Origin: Rectinema sp. | Lineage (GTDB): Bacteria; Spirochaetota; Spirochaetia; Treponematales; Rectinemataceae | Length of the DNA stretch: 64,000 nt | Direction of reading: 5' to 3' | NCBI GenBank assembly: GCA_039680115.1 | Contig: JBDKTP010000012.1 | Span: 9,978-73,977 of the forward strand | Shown: positions 47,843 to 57,775 of the stretch, one piece after another | How the letters are laid out: every line of letters starts with the position of its first letter | How positions within the stretch are numbered: position 1 is the first letter of the stretch | The notes under the pieces: model-generated | What the model saw: only the letters and a program-made list of their open reading frames with translations | Databases searched by the model: none | What the model was told of the DNA's origin: nothing | Made by a program: the position numbers and the translations under genes

Positions 47843-49183
47843 TTAATAAACACGGTAACGTCGGGCAGAGATTCCAAGCATTAACCCGGTGGCGACCATT
47901 GCCGCCCACAAAGAAGAGCCTCCATAGGAAATGAAATACAGAGGTATACCCGTAATAGGCATAATACCAATCGCCATACCTATATTGATCAGGAAATGAA
48001 AAAAGAACATTCCCCAGAACCCGGCACATACAAGCGATGAGTATCGGTCATTCGTCGTATCCATTACCCTAATAACGCGATAAAGGAAGAAGCAAAAGAG
48101 CCCAACCACGAGAAGACTGCCAAGAAAACCACCTTCTTCTGCAATTATAGAGAAGATAAAATCAGTACTTTGTTGAGGAATGAACCTTGCATGGCTCTGG
48201 GAACCTTGCATATAGCCTTTACCCCAGAGGCCTCCCGATCCCACTGCTGTGACACTTTGCAAGATGTTCCAACCTGCCCCTTGTGGATCGATGTTTGGAT
48301 TAACAAAGACCAGCAGGCGCATAATCTGATACTCTTTCATTACCTTGCCTGCTATTGTAGACAATAAGACAGAAACAGAAATAAGTATGGCAAAGTACGC
48401 GATCCAAAAATACGGTTGTTTCTTGAACTTTAGCCAACCAAACAGCGACAAACCTACAATGAGGACAACTCCAAACACGACGAGTGTTGGCAAGGAGTTA
48501 CTTTGAAAAAAAACATCCAGCACGTTGCCCGGTGGCAAGAAATATCTCCCTATCAAGGGAAGGATCAGAAATAAAAAAGTGAAGACGACTACAAGTAAAA
48601 TAAAGAACACATAGCGCTTGTCCACTTTCGCCTGTGCAAGCATCGCCAATAGGATTGGGAAAAAGACAATAGCGGAGCCAAAGTCGGGCTGTGAAAGTAT
48701 GAGCAATACAGGAACACTGATTATCAAACTGGAAAAGACAAGGCGTCTTACATCGGTTTCCTGTTCCGAGCTTTCCAGATATTTGGCTAGAAATAGAATG
48801 GTTGCAACTTTTGCGAACTCTGAAGGTTGAATTCCGTAAGAACCAAAGCCAATCCACGCCTTGGCCCCATTGACGACCTTGCCTGCAATCCGAGTATAGA
48901 TGAGCAAAAGAATAGTCGCAGCATAGACAAAAAACATATAGTCTTTGAGCCGCGACAAGTCCAATGACAGTGCTACCACCATCAAAACCAAACCCGTGAC
49001 AGCCCACACAGCTTGCTTCAAATACTCATCGGAAAAACGGAATCCTTCCGCGTCGACACCAGAAGATGCGATGGCTAGAATTCCAATTATTACAAGAGCA
49101 AGCGTCGCAAATAACATAAAATAATCTATGTCTGCAAAGAATTTTGAAGGTTGGAAGCGTCTCGATTCCGGTGAATTCGCCAT
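47843..49183 (-). CDS. rodA: SEDS-family peptidoglycan polymerase RodA
   Basis: Polytopic FtsW/RodA/SpoVE-type protein immediately downstream of mrdA. Confidence 0.88.
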   Translation of the reverse strand: MANSPESRRFQPSKFFADIDYFMLFATLALVIIGILAIASSGVDAEGFRFSDEYLKQAVWAVTGLVLMVVALSLDLSRLKDYMFFVYAATILLLIYTRIAGKVVNGAKAWIGFGSYGIQPSEFAKVATILFLAKYLESSEQETDVRRLVFSSLIISVPVLLILSQPDFGSAIVFFPILLAMLAQAKVDKRYVFFILLVVVFTFLFLILPLIGRYFLPPGNVLDVFFQSNSLPTLVVFGVVLIVGLSLFGWLKFKKQPYFWIAYFAILISVSVLLSTIAGKVMKEYQIMRLLVFVNPNIDPQGAGWNILQSVTAVGSGGLWGKGYMQGSQSHARFIPQQSTDFIFSIIAEEGGFLGSLLVVGLFCFFLYRVIRVMDTTNDRYSSLVCAGFWGMFFFHFLINIGMAIGIMPITGIPLYFISYGGSSLWAAMVATGLMLGISARRYRVY

Positions 49184-51040
49184 CTATTCTGCCCGTCCCC
49201 TAAGCTGCGTCGAATCCAAATTGACGTGTACTGTCTTGGCTGCCGTTTCTGCATCTTGCCCGGCAAAAATAGCCTGATAGATCACATTGGCGGCATAAGG
49301 TGCCCACCACTCCCATGGATTACTTGCTTCAATCATAGTTACTACGACAATCTGATCCTCGACTGGTGCATCGTATGGTCCGTAGGATGCAAACCAAGAA
49401 TGCCAGCGGTCCCTGAGGCCCACTTCCGCCGTACCGGTTTTGCCTGCAATCTGTACAGCTTTTGTGGAGACCGGCACGTGCGCCGAGCCAACAGTGATGA
49501 CCGCACGAAGGTCTTCTCGAACTTTTGCAAATGTCTCCTTGTTGATACTCACCTTCGAAAGTTCTTCCGGTTCCACCTTTTGAACAACTGCACCAGTATC
49601 CGGATCCCGAATTTCCTTAAGAATGTGTGGCTTATAGATCACACCATCATTGACAATCATGGCAATCATGTCTGCGACTTGCAAGGGTGTCGCCAACATG
49701 TAGCCTTGTCCAATCGAAAGATTCATAGTATCTCCAGGAGTCCATTTTTCGTTATAGGTCTTTTGTTTCCATTGAGGATTTGGCACGAAGCCGGAATTCT
49801 CTCCTGGTAAGTCAACCCCTGTCGGTTTTCCATACCCATAAAGCCCGGCATAATTGACAATGTTTTCTACTCCAAGGTAGTCTCGGCCAGCGAGCCAAAA
49901 ATAGACGTCACAAGACTGTGCAAGTGCATTTTTTAGGTCAAGCGAACCATGTCCACTATGAACCCAGCAATTCCATTGCCTGCCACCGTAGTCAAGGTGA
50001 CCGGTGCAGAGTATTTTCTGTGTCTCGCTCAAGACTTTTTCTTCAAGAATTCCGGTCGTCAGAACAGTCTTGAATGTTGACGCTGGTGGATATGATGACT
50101 GTATTGCTCTATTGAGTAAGGGATTATTAGGATCGGCAAGCAATTTGGCGTACTCTGAATTTGCCGCTGACGAAGAAAAGAGATTGGAGTCATACCAAGG
50201 ATACGACACCATTGCAAGTATTTCGCCAGTAGCAGGCTTCAATACAACGACCGATCCCATTCTCTTACCGAGTGCCTTTTGAGCTATTTCCTGAATTGAA
50301 CGATCTATGGTCAGCACAAGTGATTTACCTGGAATCGGTGGTGCAACCTTATTTTGATCCGCGCTGATATCCTTACCTTTTACATCAACACTCTTTGAAA
50401 TTTCGCCATCGGTGCCTTTTAGGAGCGTATCGTATTGCTTTTCTATGCCAGCCTTTCCTATAAGGTCATTGGCTGAATAGCCTTTGTTGTAAAGAAGCTT
50501 ATATTCGTCCCTGCTCATTTCTCCGACGTACCCAATTACGTGTGACAAAGACTCAAGATTGACGTATCGCCTCACTGGCTGCGCATTCCAATAGACTCCA
50601 GGGAAATCGTCTTTCTGTTCGGCTATTTGTGCCACCGTTTCATAGTCAGTCGAGTTGGAAATCGAAATAGGTTGATACAGATGATAGTACTTTGGCGGAA
50701 TCTTTTTGTTGATATCCTCTACGGAAATCTTCAACATTCTAGCTAACGCATCAAAAACTCTATTCCGCTCCGAATCCCCAATCTCGGCGGGTACAACCTC
50801 AATCGAAAACGCCTCCTCGTTTGTAGCAAGAGGGACAGTATAATTGCGATCGTAAATTTCGCCTCGAGGCGCCGGAATTCTCACGGACTGGACAGTATAT
50901 CTTTGAGATTGCGCAAGATAGTCTTGATTTCTATACACTTGAAGATAGAAAAGGTAGATGACAAATACGCCGAATAGAACTGCTGTGCTGAGTTTAAAGA
51001 ACCTTGTTGTCGAATCAGATTTTCTGTCCTCGCGGCTCAT
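49184..51040 (-). CDS. mrdA: Penicillin-binding protein 2 (elongasome transpeptidase)
   Basis: N-terminal TM segment, PBP dimerisation domain and STFK active-site motif. Sits between mreD and rodA. Confidence 0.9.
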   Translation of the reverse strand: MSREDRKSDSTTRFFKLSTAVLFGVFVIYLFYLQVYRNQDYLAQSQRYTVQSVRIPAPRGEIYDRNYTVPLATNEEAFSIEVVPAEIGDSERNRVFDALARMLKISVEDINKKIPPKYYHLYQPISISNSTDYETVAQIAEQKDDFPGVYWNAQPVRRYVNLESLSHVIGYVGEMSRDEYKLLYNKGYSANDLIGKAGIEKQYDTLLKGTDGEISKSVDVKGKDISADQNKVAPPIPGKSLVLTIDRSIQEIAQKALGKRMGSVVVLKPATGEILAMVSYPWYDSNLFSSSAANSEYAKLLADPNNPLLNRAIQSSYPPASTFKTVLTTGILEEKVLSETQKILCTGHLDYGGRQWNCWVHSGHGSLDLKNALAQSCDVYFWLAGRDYLGVENIVNYAGLYGYGKPTGVDLPGENSGFVPNPQWKQKTYNEKWTPGDTMNLSIGQGYMLATPLQVADMIAMIVNDGVIYKPHILKEIRDPDTGAVVQKVEPEELSKVSINKETFAKVREDLRAVITVGSAHVPVSTKAVQIAGKTGTAEVGLRDRWHSWFASYGPYDAPVEDQIVVVTMIEASNPWEWWAPYAANVIYQAIFAGQDAETAAKTVHVNLDSTQLRGRAE

Positions 51041-51570
51041 TTCCTGTGCGATCCTATCCTTTCACTCGGTGTTCTCTTGGCAACAAAAAAACTGCCAGTC
51101 ATGTTCAAAAGGAAGAATACGAGCGGAGCAAGCACGGCATTCAAGCCAGCTTCGACCCAGAGATGAATATCATTAAGAAAGTAGGAGCTCAGTACAGACG
51201 GTCCAAAAATTGCGGAAAGCACAATGCTGCCTATAGCCTTCAAAAGTGTAGAAAAGAATCCTGCCAGGAAAGGAATCCAGATGGCGTCCAAAGAGACAAA
51301 CCGATTGAGCACAGAAACTGCATATGCTGGAATCACGTACAGGAATGCAAAATAACCAACAGAGGCGGCAGAAAACAAGTCACAAACCAGTCCCGAGAAG
51401 AAACCTGTGAAAGACCCCACGCTTTTTTCGTTTCTGAAGGAAACCCACAAAATGACCAGGAGGCCAAGATCTGGAACGACACCCAATATAAGCCCGTTTC
51501 TCAACCATGTAGTCTGAACCAGGAAAAGCAAAGAGACCAATGCAGTCGAAGACACAATTGTGGTGATCAA
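51037..51570 (-). CDS. mreD: Rod shape-determining protein MreD
   Basis: 177-aa polytopic membrane protein between mreC and mrdA, with 4-nt overlaps on both sides. Confidence 0.8.
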   Translation of the reverse strand: MITTIVSSTALVSLLFLVQTTWLRNGLILGVVPDLGLLVILWVSFRNEKSVGSFTGFFSGLVCDLFSAASVGYFAFLYVIPAYAVSVLNRFVSLDAIWIPFLAGFFSTLLKAIGSIVLSAIFGPSVLSSYFLNDIHLWVEAGLNAVLAPLVFFLLNMTGSFFVAKRTPSERIGSHRK

Positions 51571-52517
51571 TGATTAGCCCCCTGCAACGCAGAATTCGGG
51601 TTTTTCAAACCTGTGACAGTACTGGATTGACCTGCAGCAGGACTGGACTGAGTCTGTTCAGACTGAGTTTCGGAAGGATGGTTCTGGAGAACAAACAGAT
51701 ACTCTAGTTTTGCAAAAGGTACAGCTGGTTCCAAGTAGATGACAGCTGAACTGCCATAATTGGGCACAATGACTTCTTTTACCCTGCCTATGGCTAAATC
51801 GGGAGGGAAAATCGAGTCGAGTCCGCTTGTGACGACAACGTCGCCTTTTTTTATCTCCCCAGCATTCAATTTCGAGACATACCGCATTACCAAAGGGTCG
51901 TCTTCACTGCCCTGGCCGTTAACTAATCCACCTATTCTGGAACTGGAGAACCTTGCTGAAACAAAAAAACGCTGATCGAAAAGCGGTATAACCACGCTTG
52001 AGTTTTTCCGTACTTCGGTAATCTTTCCTACGAGGCCTTCGACGCCATCGTAAAAAGCAACCACAGCCATGTTGTGACCGACACCCGCGGAGGTCCCTTT
52101 ATTGATAATATAACTCGAATAGATGTTTGACGGATCCCGCGCCACTATTTGAGCTGCTGTCTGAATTGTGCTCACGTTCTGGGCAAAACCGAGCTGCTCT
52201 TTCAGGCGCGCATTCTCGGCCTGTACCTGTGCATAGTCTCGCTGCATGGCGGAATACTCATCCATTTTTTTCACAAGTTGATCGTATTGTTGCTGGAGAT
52301 TGGCTAGTTCTTTGATTGAAAACACAGTGTCATGAAAGAAAGTCGCTATCGAAGAAAAAAAACTCTGAATTGATCCGGCAGCGTCTGATCCTAACTCCGG
52401 GACCTTGTTTATTGCCTTTGTCGAAACGCCAAGCAAAGCAAGAGAAACGACAAGCAGCACAATAGAAACGACATGCACAGAAGCCATGCCGCTGTTGGGG
52501 CGGCGTTGGATCGCCAT
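51567..52517 (-). CDS. mreC: Rod shape-determining protein MreC
   Basis: N-terminal TM segment, coiled coil (QQYDQLVKKMDEY...ENARLKEQL) and a beta-rich C-terminal domain. Follows mreB. Confidence 0.88.
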   Translation of the reverse strand: MAIQRRPNSGMASVHVVSIVLLVVSLALLGVSTKAINKVPELGSDAAGSIQSFFSSIATFFHDTVFSIKELANLQQQYDQLVKKMDEYSAMQRDYAQVQAENARLKEQLGFAQNVSTIQTAAQIVARDPSNIYSSYIINKGTSAGVGHNMAVVAFYDGVEGLVGKITEVRKNSSVVIPLFDQRFFVSARFSSSRIGGLVNGQGSEDDPLVMRYVSKLNAGEIKKGDVVVTSGLDSIFPPDLAIGRVKEVIVPNYGSSAVIYLEPAVPFAKLEYLFVLQNHPSETQSEQTQSSPAAGQSSTVTGLKNPNSALQGANH

Positions 52518-52527
52518 ATAGTTTTCC

Positions 52528-53574
52528 TTAGAGATTTAGGCTTTCGTAGACGCTGTCAGAACCTTCGCGATTGTTCATGGTTTCAAAATACTTCCCGGCC
52601 CCAATTGCAACACATTCCATTGGTTTTTCTGCCAAAATCACAGGGACCCCAGTTTCCTTTGCAATGAGTTTAGGTAAGCCTTTCAATAGAGCTCCACCGC
52701 CAGACATCACAATACCCCGCTCAACAATGTCTGCAGCAAGCTCAGGGGGTGTTTCGCTCAGGGTTTTTTTAACCTCATCCACAATGAGGTTGACCGAAGG
52801 CATAAGCGCTTCCCTGATTTCTACTGAGTCTATTTCAAAGCGTCTTGGCAAGCCAGTAATTGCATCGTTCCCCTTAATCTCAACTTTTTCGATGGTGCGT
52901 TCCGGACTGGCATTGCCTATCTCAATTTTGAGTCTCTCCGCCGTTTGATCACCAATGATCAAATTGTGCACGTTTCGTATGTGACGCATAATAGCCTCGT
53001 CGAACTCGTCTCCTCCCACTCGAATTGCCCGAGTGACGACCATGCCCTTAAGGGATATGACGGAAATCTCCGTCGTGCCACCACCTATGTCACAGATCAT
53101 GTGGCCAGCTGGCTCGACAATAGGAATGCCGGCACCTATTGCCGCGGCCAAAGACTCGGGAATCACCTTGACGGATCGTGCACCGGCTTTGAATGCCGAA
53201 TCTATGACGGCGTTCTCCTCAACTTTGGTGATACATGAAGGGACACCGATCACAATTCTTGGTTTTACAAACCAATTGGAAGGTGCAACCTTCTGGATAA
53301 AGTACTTGATCATCTTTTCTGTTGTATCAGGGTCTGCAATAACCCCATCTCGCAGAGGTCTCTTAGCAATGATATCTCGGGGAGTGCGCGAAAGCATCGC
53401 CTTAGCGTCTACGCCAACAGCCAAAAGTCGGTTGGTTCCTTTTTCGACTGCCACGACAGACGGTTCATTCAAGACAATGCCCTTGCCACGAACATAAATC
53501 AGCGTATTACAGGTACCTAAGTCTATTCCAATGTCTTGCGAAAAACCTTTAAAAGCTTTTTTCTTAAAAGCCAT
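52528..53574 (-). CDS. mreB: Actin-like rod shape-determining protein MreB
   Basis: [24 protein letters not shown] and the [14 protein letters not shown] motif. Confidence 0.96.
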   Translation of the reverse strand: MAFKKKAFKGFSQDIGIDLGTCNTLIYVRGKGIVLNEPSVVAVEKGTNRLLAVGVDAKAMLSRTPRDIIAKRPLRDGVIADPDTTEKMIKYFIQKVAPSNWFVKPRIVIGVPSCITKVEENAVIDSAFKAGARSVKVIPESLAAAIGAGIPIVEPAGHMICDIGGGTTEISVISLKGMVVTRAIRVGGDEFDEAIMRHIRNVHNLIIGDQTAERLKIEIGNASPERTIEKVEIKGNDAITGLPRRFEIDSVEIREALMPSVNLIVDEVKKTLSETPPELAADIVERGIVMSGGGALLKGLPKLIAKETGVPVILAEKPMECVAIGAGKYFETMNNREGSDSVYESLNL

Positions 53575-53586
53575 AATTTTCTACTC

Positions 53587-54597
53587 CTATAGTTTTTCTG
53601 CCAACTTTTTTCGGGCTTCTGCGTAATTGGGATTTATAGAAATGACTTTACGCCACGCAGCCCGTGCCTTTATAGGGTCGTTCTGTTTTTCATAGATCAA
53701 TCCCATTTGGAACCAGGCATCGGCAGCTTGTGGATCTGCATTCACAATGGCCTGATAAAGTGAACTTGCTTTTGTAAGGTCACCCTTCTCCATCGCAAAA
53801 TCTGCCAACATGTATCGACTCTTTTGAACAAGAATCGCATCAACGTTAGAGTCGATGACTTTGGTCAAAAGTTCCTCTGCTTTTGTGCTGTTTCCTACTT
53901 CTTTATAACTCATAGCGGCAGACAGCATCAATACATCCGACGGTTGCTGAGACAGAGCCAATTCATAGTGTTCGATGGCCTTATCGTGCAATCCCATCCC
54001 AGCATATGCTAAACCAAGATACTGCTCGGTATCTACCGCCGAATATCCGTCCTTTTTTGAAAGTTCCAAAAAAGAGATGGCAAGGTCATACCACGGTGTG
54101 CCCTTCTGAAAGTACGACTTGCCAAGGACATACTCCACCTGAGCTCGAATTGGCAGATGTTCATCAGCTACGAGTGATTTTCTAAGACTAAACACAGCCT
54201 CGTCAAGCAAAGCCTGACGTTCATCACCCTCCGGTTTTTCAAGCGAGCTGTAGTAGGCAGCAATACCTTCAAAACTCAAATAAAAGGGATCCAAGGGGCT
54301 GGCAGCAACCCCCTCGCGGCACAGAGCGAGTGTATTGTCCTTGTCACCTTTTTGCCACAAATCCAGTATTTTTGATCTGTCAATAGTGGAAGTAGTATCG
54401 CCTAGAGTCTCTGCTGATTCCATATCATTGTCATGAGCTGCCAACTTTGCACTTCTAGAATAGAAAATCAGCGCTGCAACGCCACCAACTACCACCACAA
54501 CAAGAATTATCCAGAACAAGCGATTATGTTTTTTGGACCTACTGCGGTTGCGTCTTCTTAGGCTGTTCAACCAATCCTGCGTCATGAAATGCCCCAA
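53587..54597 (-). CDS. Membrane-anchored TPR-repeat protein
   Basis: Basic N-terminus, one TM segment and multiple TPR-like repeats (AWFQMGLIYEKQNDPIKARAAWRKVISINPNYAEA). Confidence 0.75.
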   Translation of the reverse strand: MGHFMTQDWLNSLRRRNRSRSKKHNRLFWIILVVVVVGGVAALIFYSRSAKLAAHDNDMESAETLGDTTSTIDRSKILDLWQKGDKDNTLALCREGVAASPLDPFYLSFEGIAAYYSSLEKPEGDERQALLDEAVFSLRKSLVADEHLPIRAQVEYVLGKSYFQKGTPWYDLAISFLELSKKDGYSAVDTEQYLGLAYAGMGLHDKAIEHYELALSQQPSDVLMLSAAMSYKEVGNSTKAEELLTKVIDSNVDAILVQKSRYMLADFAMEKGDLTKASSLYQAIVNADPQAADAWFQMGLIYEKQNDPIKARAAWRKVISINPNYAEARKKLAEKL

Positions 54598-54640
54598 CGT
54601 CGAAACAAAATGGCCTCACCTTACTTCAGAATCAAAAAAA

Positions 54641-55022
54641 AGAGCGAGCCTATAAGCCGGGTTCTGTTCACAGTTGCCTGTGATGTCGCCATCCATCTAG
54701 GCCGACAATTGCTTGCCGACGTCTAGCGGCTTACCCGTGGCATAATGACGAGCAGTCAACCACTATTCAGCCTTGCTCACGATGAGGTTTGCCATGCCAG
54801 ACACGTTACCGAGTCTGCGGTGGGCTCTTACCCCGCCTTTTCACCCTTACCATTACTGGCGGTTTGTTTTCTGTGGCACTTTCTGTACGGATGTGGCCTT
54901 GGGTTTGTTCAGAAACTAGCCCGGTTCACACCCGCCCCGGCCATTAACCGGCATCGCGCTCTATTGAGCCCGGACTTTCCTCGACACAGTTTCCTGTCCC
55001 GCGGCGACACGGCTCGCTCCAC
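54641..55022 (-). ncRNA. rnpB: RNase P RNA (bacterial type A)
   Basis: The reverse complement contains GAGGAAAGUCCGGGCUC, AGUGCCACAGAAAACAAACCGCC, GGUAAGGGUGAAAAGGCGGGGUAAGAGCCCACCGC and ACAGAACCCGGCUUAUAGGCUCGCUC. The P1 helix pairs GGAGCGAGCC with GGCUCGCUCU, followed by a U-run. Confidence 0.95.
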
Positions 55023-55087
55023 CTCAAAAACAACAAAAACCTATAAAAGCTACGCTTGACGAAGCATTAAAAATCTATTTGGATAGT

Positions 55088-56014
55088 TCATTCGTCATCA
55101 AGGTCGTCGGAGATGTCGTCGCGAGAAAACGCGATTTTTCTCTTTTTGGTGCCAGAATATTCCTTTTCGGCGTCGTCCTTGTCCTGGTCGTTTTCTTCAT
55201 CTTCTTCGTCGGTTTCTTCTTCGCCCTCTTCGGCGTAGTCTCCAATGTCAGCCAACGAACCAGATTCTATGTTTGCCACAAACTCTGGAGCTTCTTCGGT
55301 CTCTTCGTAGAATAGAATCCGCGAACAGTAAGGACAGAAGTGAACTTCAGTATTTTCCTCATCTCGAATCTCATTGACAAAATTGGCTGGCAATATCATG
55401 TGACAACCTGTGCAAACAACACCGTGAACAGGAACTACACCCACACCTTTCTTATTTCGAATAATTCGTTCCAGCTTAAAAATGATGTCGCTGCCAATGC
55501 CCTGCGATACTACTGCTTCTTTGGCTTTAAGCTCTTCTACCTTAGTCAGTTTATTCTGTCGTTCCTGGTCGATAGCCTTGCTCTTTTCGTCTATTTCTTT
55601 TTCCAATAAAGCAACACCCTCGGAGTTTTTCTGAATTTCTCCTTCCAGGTCGGCGAAGTTTCTTTCTTCAACTTGAATGTCTTTTCTTAAAGTTTGCTCT
55701 TTTTCTGTTGCATCTCGGATTTCTTTGTTTATGGCTTCGTATTCCCGCTGGGTAGTGATTCCATCCATCTGCTTCTCAGCGTGCTCTCGGGCGTCCTCGG
55801 CCTCTTGCAAGCCAGCACGTAACTCTTTTACTCTTTGCGCCGATTTTTTGAATTCTTCTGTCCGTTCGCCAAGAGTCTTCTTCAGTCGCGAGAGCATTTC
55901 GTTCTGCGCCTCGATTGTTTTGGGAAGCTGCTCGATCTCTTCCTCCAACTCGACGCGTTCGCTCAGAATCTGCTGATAGGTCTTTAGCTTATCCAACATC
56001 TCTTGATTAGTCAT
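55088..56014 (-). CDS. Coiled-coil C4 zinc-ribbon protein (COG1579/DUF164-like) with highly acidic C-terminal tail
   Basis: Long coiled coil, then CTGCHM...CPYCSRI zinc ribbon, then about 60 aa rich in D/E (EEGEEETDEEDEENDQDKDD...DDISDDLDDE). Confidence 0.8.
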   Translation of the reverse strand: MTNQEMLDKLKTYQQILSERVELEEEIEQLPKTIEAQNEMLSRLKKTLGERTEEFKKSAQRVKELRAGLQEAEDAREHAEKQMDGITTQREYEAINKEIRDATEKEQTLRKDIQVEERNFADLEGEIQKNSEGVALLEKEIDEKSKAIDQERQNKLTKVEELKAKEAVVSQGIGSDIIFKLERIIRNKKGVGVVPVHGVVCTGCHMILPANFVNEIRDEENTEVHFCPYCSRILFYEETEEAPEFVANIESGSLADIGDYAEEGEEETDEEDEENDQDKDDAEKEYSGTKKRKIAFSRDDISDDLDDE

Positions 56015-56044
56015 TCACATACCCCTATAAATAGCCGTTTAGTC

Positions 56045-57775
56045 TCAATGATCCATATAATCTCGAAGCTTTTGACTTCGCTTGAAATGACGAAGCTTCT
56101 TGAGCGCCTTCGCTTCGATCTGACGAATTCGTTCACGGGTCACATTAAAGTAAAGCCCAACCTCTTCTAGCGTAAGCGAATAGCCGTCGTCAAGCCCAAA
56201 GCGCATGCGCAAGACTTCCTGCTCTCGAGGAGGCAAAGTGGAAAGTACCATTTTGATCTGCTCTTGCAACAACTTGTAATCAGTTTGTGAAGAAGGATTC
56301 TCAATCTCTTTGTCTTCGATAAAATCGCCCAACAACGAATCTTCGTCTTCTCCAATGGGGGTTTCAAGAGATATTGGTTCGCGCGCAACATTTTTTACGC
56401 TTTTAACTCGGGAGACAGGCCAGCCAAGTTGCTGCCCGATTTCCTCGTCAGTAGGCTCTCGGCCAAGCTTTTGCATTAACTGTCTAGACTCACGAACAAC
56501 CTTGTTGATTTGCTCGATCATATGCACCGGAACACGAATAGTGCGGGCCTGATCGGAAATCGATCGGGTAATCGCCTGGCGAATCCACCATGTAGCATAT
56601 GTGGAAAACTTGTAACCCTTGCGGTATTCAAACTTTTCTACAGCCTTTATTAGGCCAATGTTACCTTCCTGAACCAGATCAAAGAAATGTAAACCGCGAT
56701 TGGTATATTTCTTGGCTATTGAAACGACCAGACGAAGATTAGCCTTAATGAGCTTGTCCTTGGCCATTTTCATCATCTTACGACCACGATTAATCTCTCT
56801 GGCCATCACAATGATCTCATCGCAATCGGCTTCAAAGAGCGCTTCCATTTCGCTGAGCTTCTTTTCGGTCACCTGAAGCTGGCGAATCTTCTCTTTTATA
56901 TCCTCAGAAGGCAAGCCAAGCTGCTGTTCTATAACCTCGCGTTTCTCTTTTATTGTCAGATTTCTGCCCAGAATTCGGATATCGCGAGTTGCAGACACCT
57001 GCAAGACACGTTGAATCTTGTCCTGCTCTCGTCTGTACTTGTTGATCTTTTTTGCCGCAGTGATGAATTTCTCCGAGAAGCTGCTAATCTCTTCAGGATG
57101 TATTTCCGTTTCCTGGATTTTCTTCATCAGCTTTTCCCGGCGAATTACCAGGTCAGAATCGGCAAAAATATCTCCGCCTTTGGCCAAGACCTTTTTCTTC
57201 AACTCCACGTATTCTTTCAGATCTGCTTGGCTATCTCGAATTATGTCGCGGTAAAACTGATTGAGTCGCCGGCGCTCGGCAATTTTTTCTGTATTTTCTT
57301 TGCGCTGTCCGTTCGTCTCTTTAACATTCCGTGAGGCTTTAACCGTCAACTGGTAGAATTCAGTGATAAGAAGCCCGGACTTGCGAAGAATTGCCTTGAT
57401 TATTTCTTCGCCGTCCTCCATCATCTTGGACAGCTCAACTTCCTGTTCCGCAGTAAGGAGATGCTCCTTGCCAATTTCGTACAAATAGAGTCGGATAGGA
57501 TCGTCGCTTCCTGATTCTTTGGAGTTATTGACTAGCTTCTTGCTCTCAAGTTCAGTCTTTAGCGCCTGCTCGTCTTCAATCTGGACATCTTCTTCTTCGA
57601 GTTGAATATTGTTGCTTTCCAACAGCGCAAGTATGGAGTCGATTTTTTCTGAATTCAAAACTGATTCCGGGAGAAAATCAGACAATTCATCAAAACTGAT
57701 CGACTTTTTTTCCTTGGCATATTCCAACAGTTTTGCAATGGCGGGGTCGAGTTCTGTGTCACTCATCGACTTCAC
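56045..57775 (-). CDS. rpoD: RNA polymerase primary sigma factor
   Basis: Regions 1.1 to 4.2, including [12 protein letters not shown] and the C-terminal TLEEVG...[19 protein letters not shown]. Confidence 0.96.
   Translation of the reverse strand: MKSMSDTELDPAIAKLLEYAKEKKSISFDELSDFLPESVLNSEKIDSILALLESNNIQLEEEDVQIEDEQALKTELESKKLVNNSKESGSDDPIRLYLYEIGKEHLLTAEQEVELSKMMEDGEEIIKAILRKSGLLITEFYQLTVKASRNVKETNGQRKENTEKIAERRRLNQFYRDIIRDSQADLKEYVELKKKVLAKGGDIFADSDLVIRREKLMKKIQETEIHPEEISSFSEKFITAAKKINKYRREQDKIQRVLQVSATRDIRILGRNLTIKEKREVIEQQLGLPSEDIKEKIRQLQVTEKKLSEMEALFEADCDEIIVMAREINRGRKMMKMAKDKLIKANLRLVVSIAKKYTNRGLHFFDLVQEGNIGLIKAVEKFEYRKGYKFSTYATWWIRQAITRSISDQARTIRVPVHMIEQINKVVRESRQLMQKLGREPTDEEIGQQLGWPVSRVKSVKNVAREPISLETPIGEDEDSLLGDFIEDKEIENPSSQTDYKLLQEQIKMVLSTLPPREQEVLRMRFGLDDGYSLTLEEVGLYFNVTRERIRQIEAKALKKLRHFKRSQKLRDYMDH

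Noticed and set aside
49226-51573. Antisense ORFs of 194 aa and 189 aa opposite mrdA and mreD
   Set aside because: Same reasoning as above. They lie opposite well-supported genes, have low-complexity composition and have no RBS.
54745-55059. 104-aa ORF on the + strand
   Set aside because: It lies entirely antisense to the RNase P RNA gene. Its openness is explained by the GC-rich structured RNA, and it has no RBS.
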